From: Candidatus Xenobia bacterium
Lineage (GTDB): Bacteria > Vulcanimicrobiota > Xenobia > Xenobiales > QWHO01
Reading direction: 5' to 3'
DNA length: 64,000 bases
NCBI GenBank assembly: GCA_045863235.1
Contig: BTUM01000009.1
Location: 68,015-132,014, forward strand
Position 1 is the first letter of the stretch. The number at the start of each line of letters is the position of its first letter. The notes under the pieces were generated by a model. It worked only from the letters and a program-made list of their open reading frames with translations, did no database searches and was not told the DNA's origin. Shown here piece by piece: positions 63,248 through 64,000 of the stretch. The translations under genes and the position numbers were made by a program.

Positions 63248-63379
63248 GAAGAAACCTCCCTGGTCCCCTGGGAGGAGTCCTCTCCCGGGGAAGAATGTTA
63301 CCAACTGCCCGGGCGCTTGTCCCAGGTAAATCTAGAGGCCTCGCGGCTCGAAAGAAAGCGACGCCCAACGGGGGCCCCG

Positions 63380-63694
63380 ATGAAGAGACCTTCCAAACCC
63401 GACCCCAACATGGAGCAGTGGATCGACGCGCGCCAGAAGCACCGGTTGACCAACGAGCAGGTACAGATGGCTCGCGAATTGGGGCTGAACCCGCGCCGAT
63501 TGGATCAGGTGTCGGGGGACAAACCGCTGGCCGAGTACCTGGCTGCCCTCTACCAGGAACGATTCGGGCGCGACTGCCCGGAGGAAGTCGTCTCCATCGA
63601 GCAGATGGCTCGCAACCTGGAACTAGAGAAGGTGCGCCGCCAGGAGCAAAGGCGACGGGCCCGCGCGGCCAACGCAGACAACCCACCGCAGTGA
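63380..63694 (+). CDS. Small conserved hypothetical protein
   Basis: WIDARQKHRL...QMARELGLNP...LYQERFG pattern, which I recall from a widespread uncharacterised family. Confidence 0.65.
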   Translation: MKRPSKPDPNMEQWIDARQKHRLTNEQVQMARELGLNPRRLDQVSGDKPLAEYLAALYQERFGRDCPEEVVSIEQMARNLELEKVRRQEQRRRARAANADNPPQ

Positions 63695-63923
63695 CGAGCG
63701 GCCTGGCTCCAAAGATGAGCCAGCCACCCGGAAGGAACAGCAGCGTCGAACAGGAGAGCCGTTGTAAAGTGCGAGGCCTTTCGTCTTGCACTTTACAACG
63801 CGCTGGAATGTAGGATTTTCAGAGGGGCCGAAACCGCTGTTCAGGAGTTTCCCAACCGAATCCTTTCAGGTTCGGCGGCCGCTCCTTAATTCCCGTTTTT
63901 CTGGCGCCTCACCTCAGCCGGTC

Positions 63924-64000
63924 TCAGTTCCCGCTGTTGCCGCCACCGCTGTTGCCGCCGCCGCTGTTGCCACCGCCGCTGTTGCCGCCGCCGCTGTTGC
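63924..64000 (-). CDS. 3' end of a gene continuing beyond the window, ending in (NSGGG)n
   Basis: Minus strand reads (AAC AGC GGY GGY GGC)x4 AAC AGC GGG AAC TGA; variation only at third codon positions. Confidence 0.65.
   Translation of the reverse strand, partial: NSGGGNSGGGNSGGGNSGGGNSGN
63931..64000. repeat. 15-bp tandem repeat, at least 4.5 copies, truncated by the window end
   Basis: Unit CCGCTGTTGCCRCCR. Confidence 0.9.

Noticed and set aside
63817..63885. tRNA or glycine riboswitch
   Set aside because: No cloverleaf with a TTCRA T-loop, and no GGAGA...CCGAAG aptamer core.

Overview
This is a GC-rich bacterial chromosomal window, densely coding, with about 58 genes. I recognised no rRNA, tRNA, CRISPR array or intact mobile element. 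Housekeeping content includes ettA, groES-groEL, a class I aminotransferase, an lpdA-E1a-E1b-E2-lipB 2-oxoacid dehydrogenase cluster, an elongasome operon, a PilC/minor-pilin cluster, an S46 peptidase and alaS. Four observations stand out. (1) Four unrelated proteins without signal peptides end in the same gapless 19-aa C-terminal motif (..[ND]G.V.VGGVRVP.R). The three whose upstream DNA is visible share one promoter architecture (TTTCAG-N5-TTTCAG, N10, a -10-like hexamer, N6-9, ATG), suggesting a co-regulated, tail-tagged export or sorting substrate class. (2) The elongasome operon has two catalytically degenerate MreB-like units, one fused through a TM helix to MreC. (3) Directly upstream of that operon lie a tandem pair of covarying ~85-nt hairpins with NrdR-like boxes and a LexA-like box. 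(4) A frameshifted Clp-like AAA+ protein ends in a release-factor-like domain lacking GGQ. The gene style suggests Eremiobacterota/Vulcanimicrobiota-like bacteria, which is an unverified impression. All functional calls come from motif recognition by eye, without database searches.
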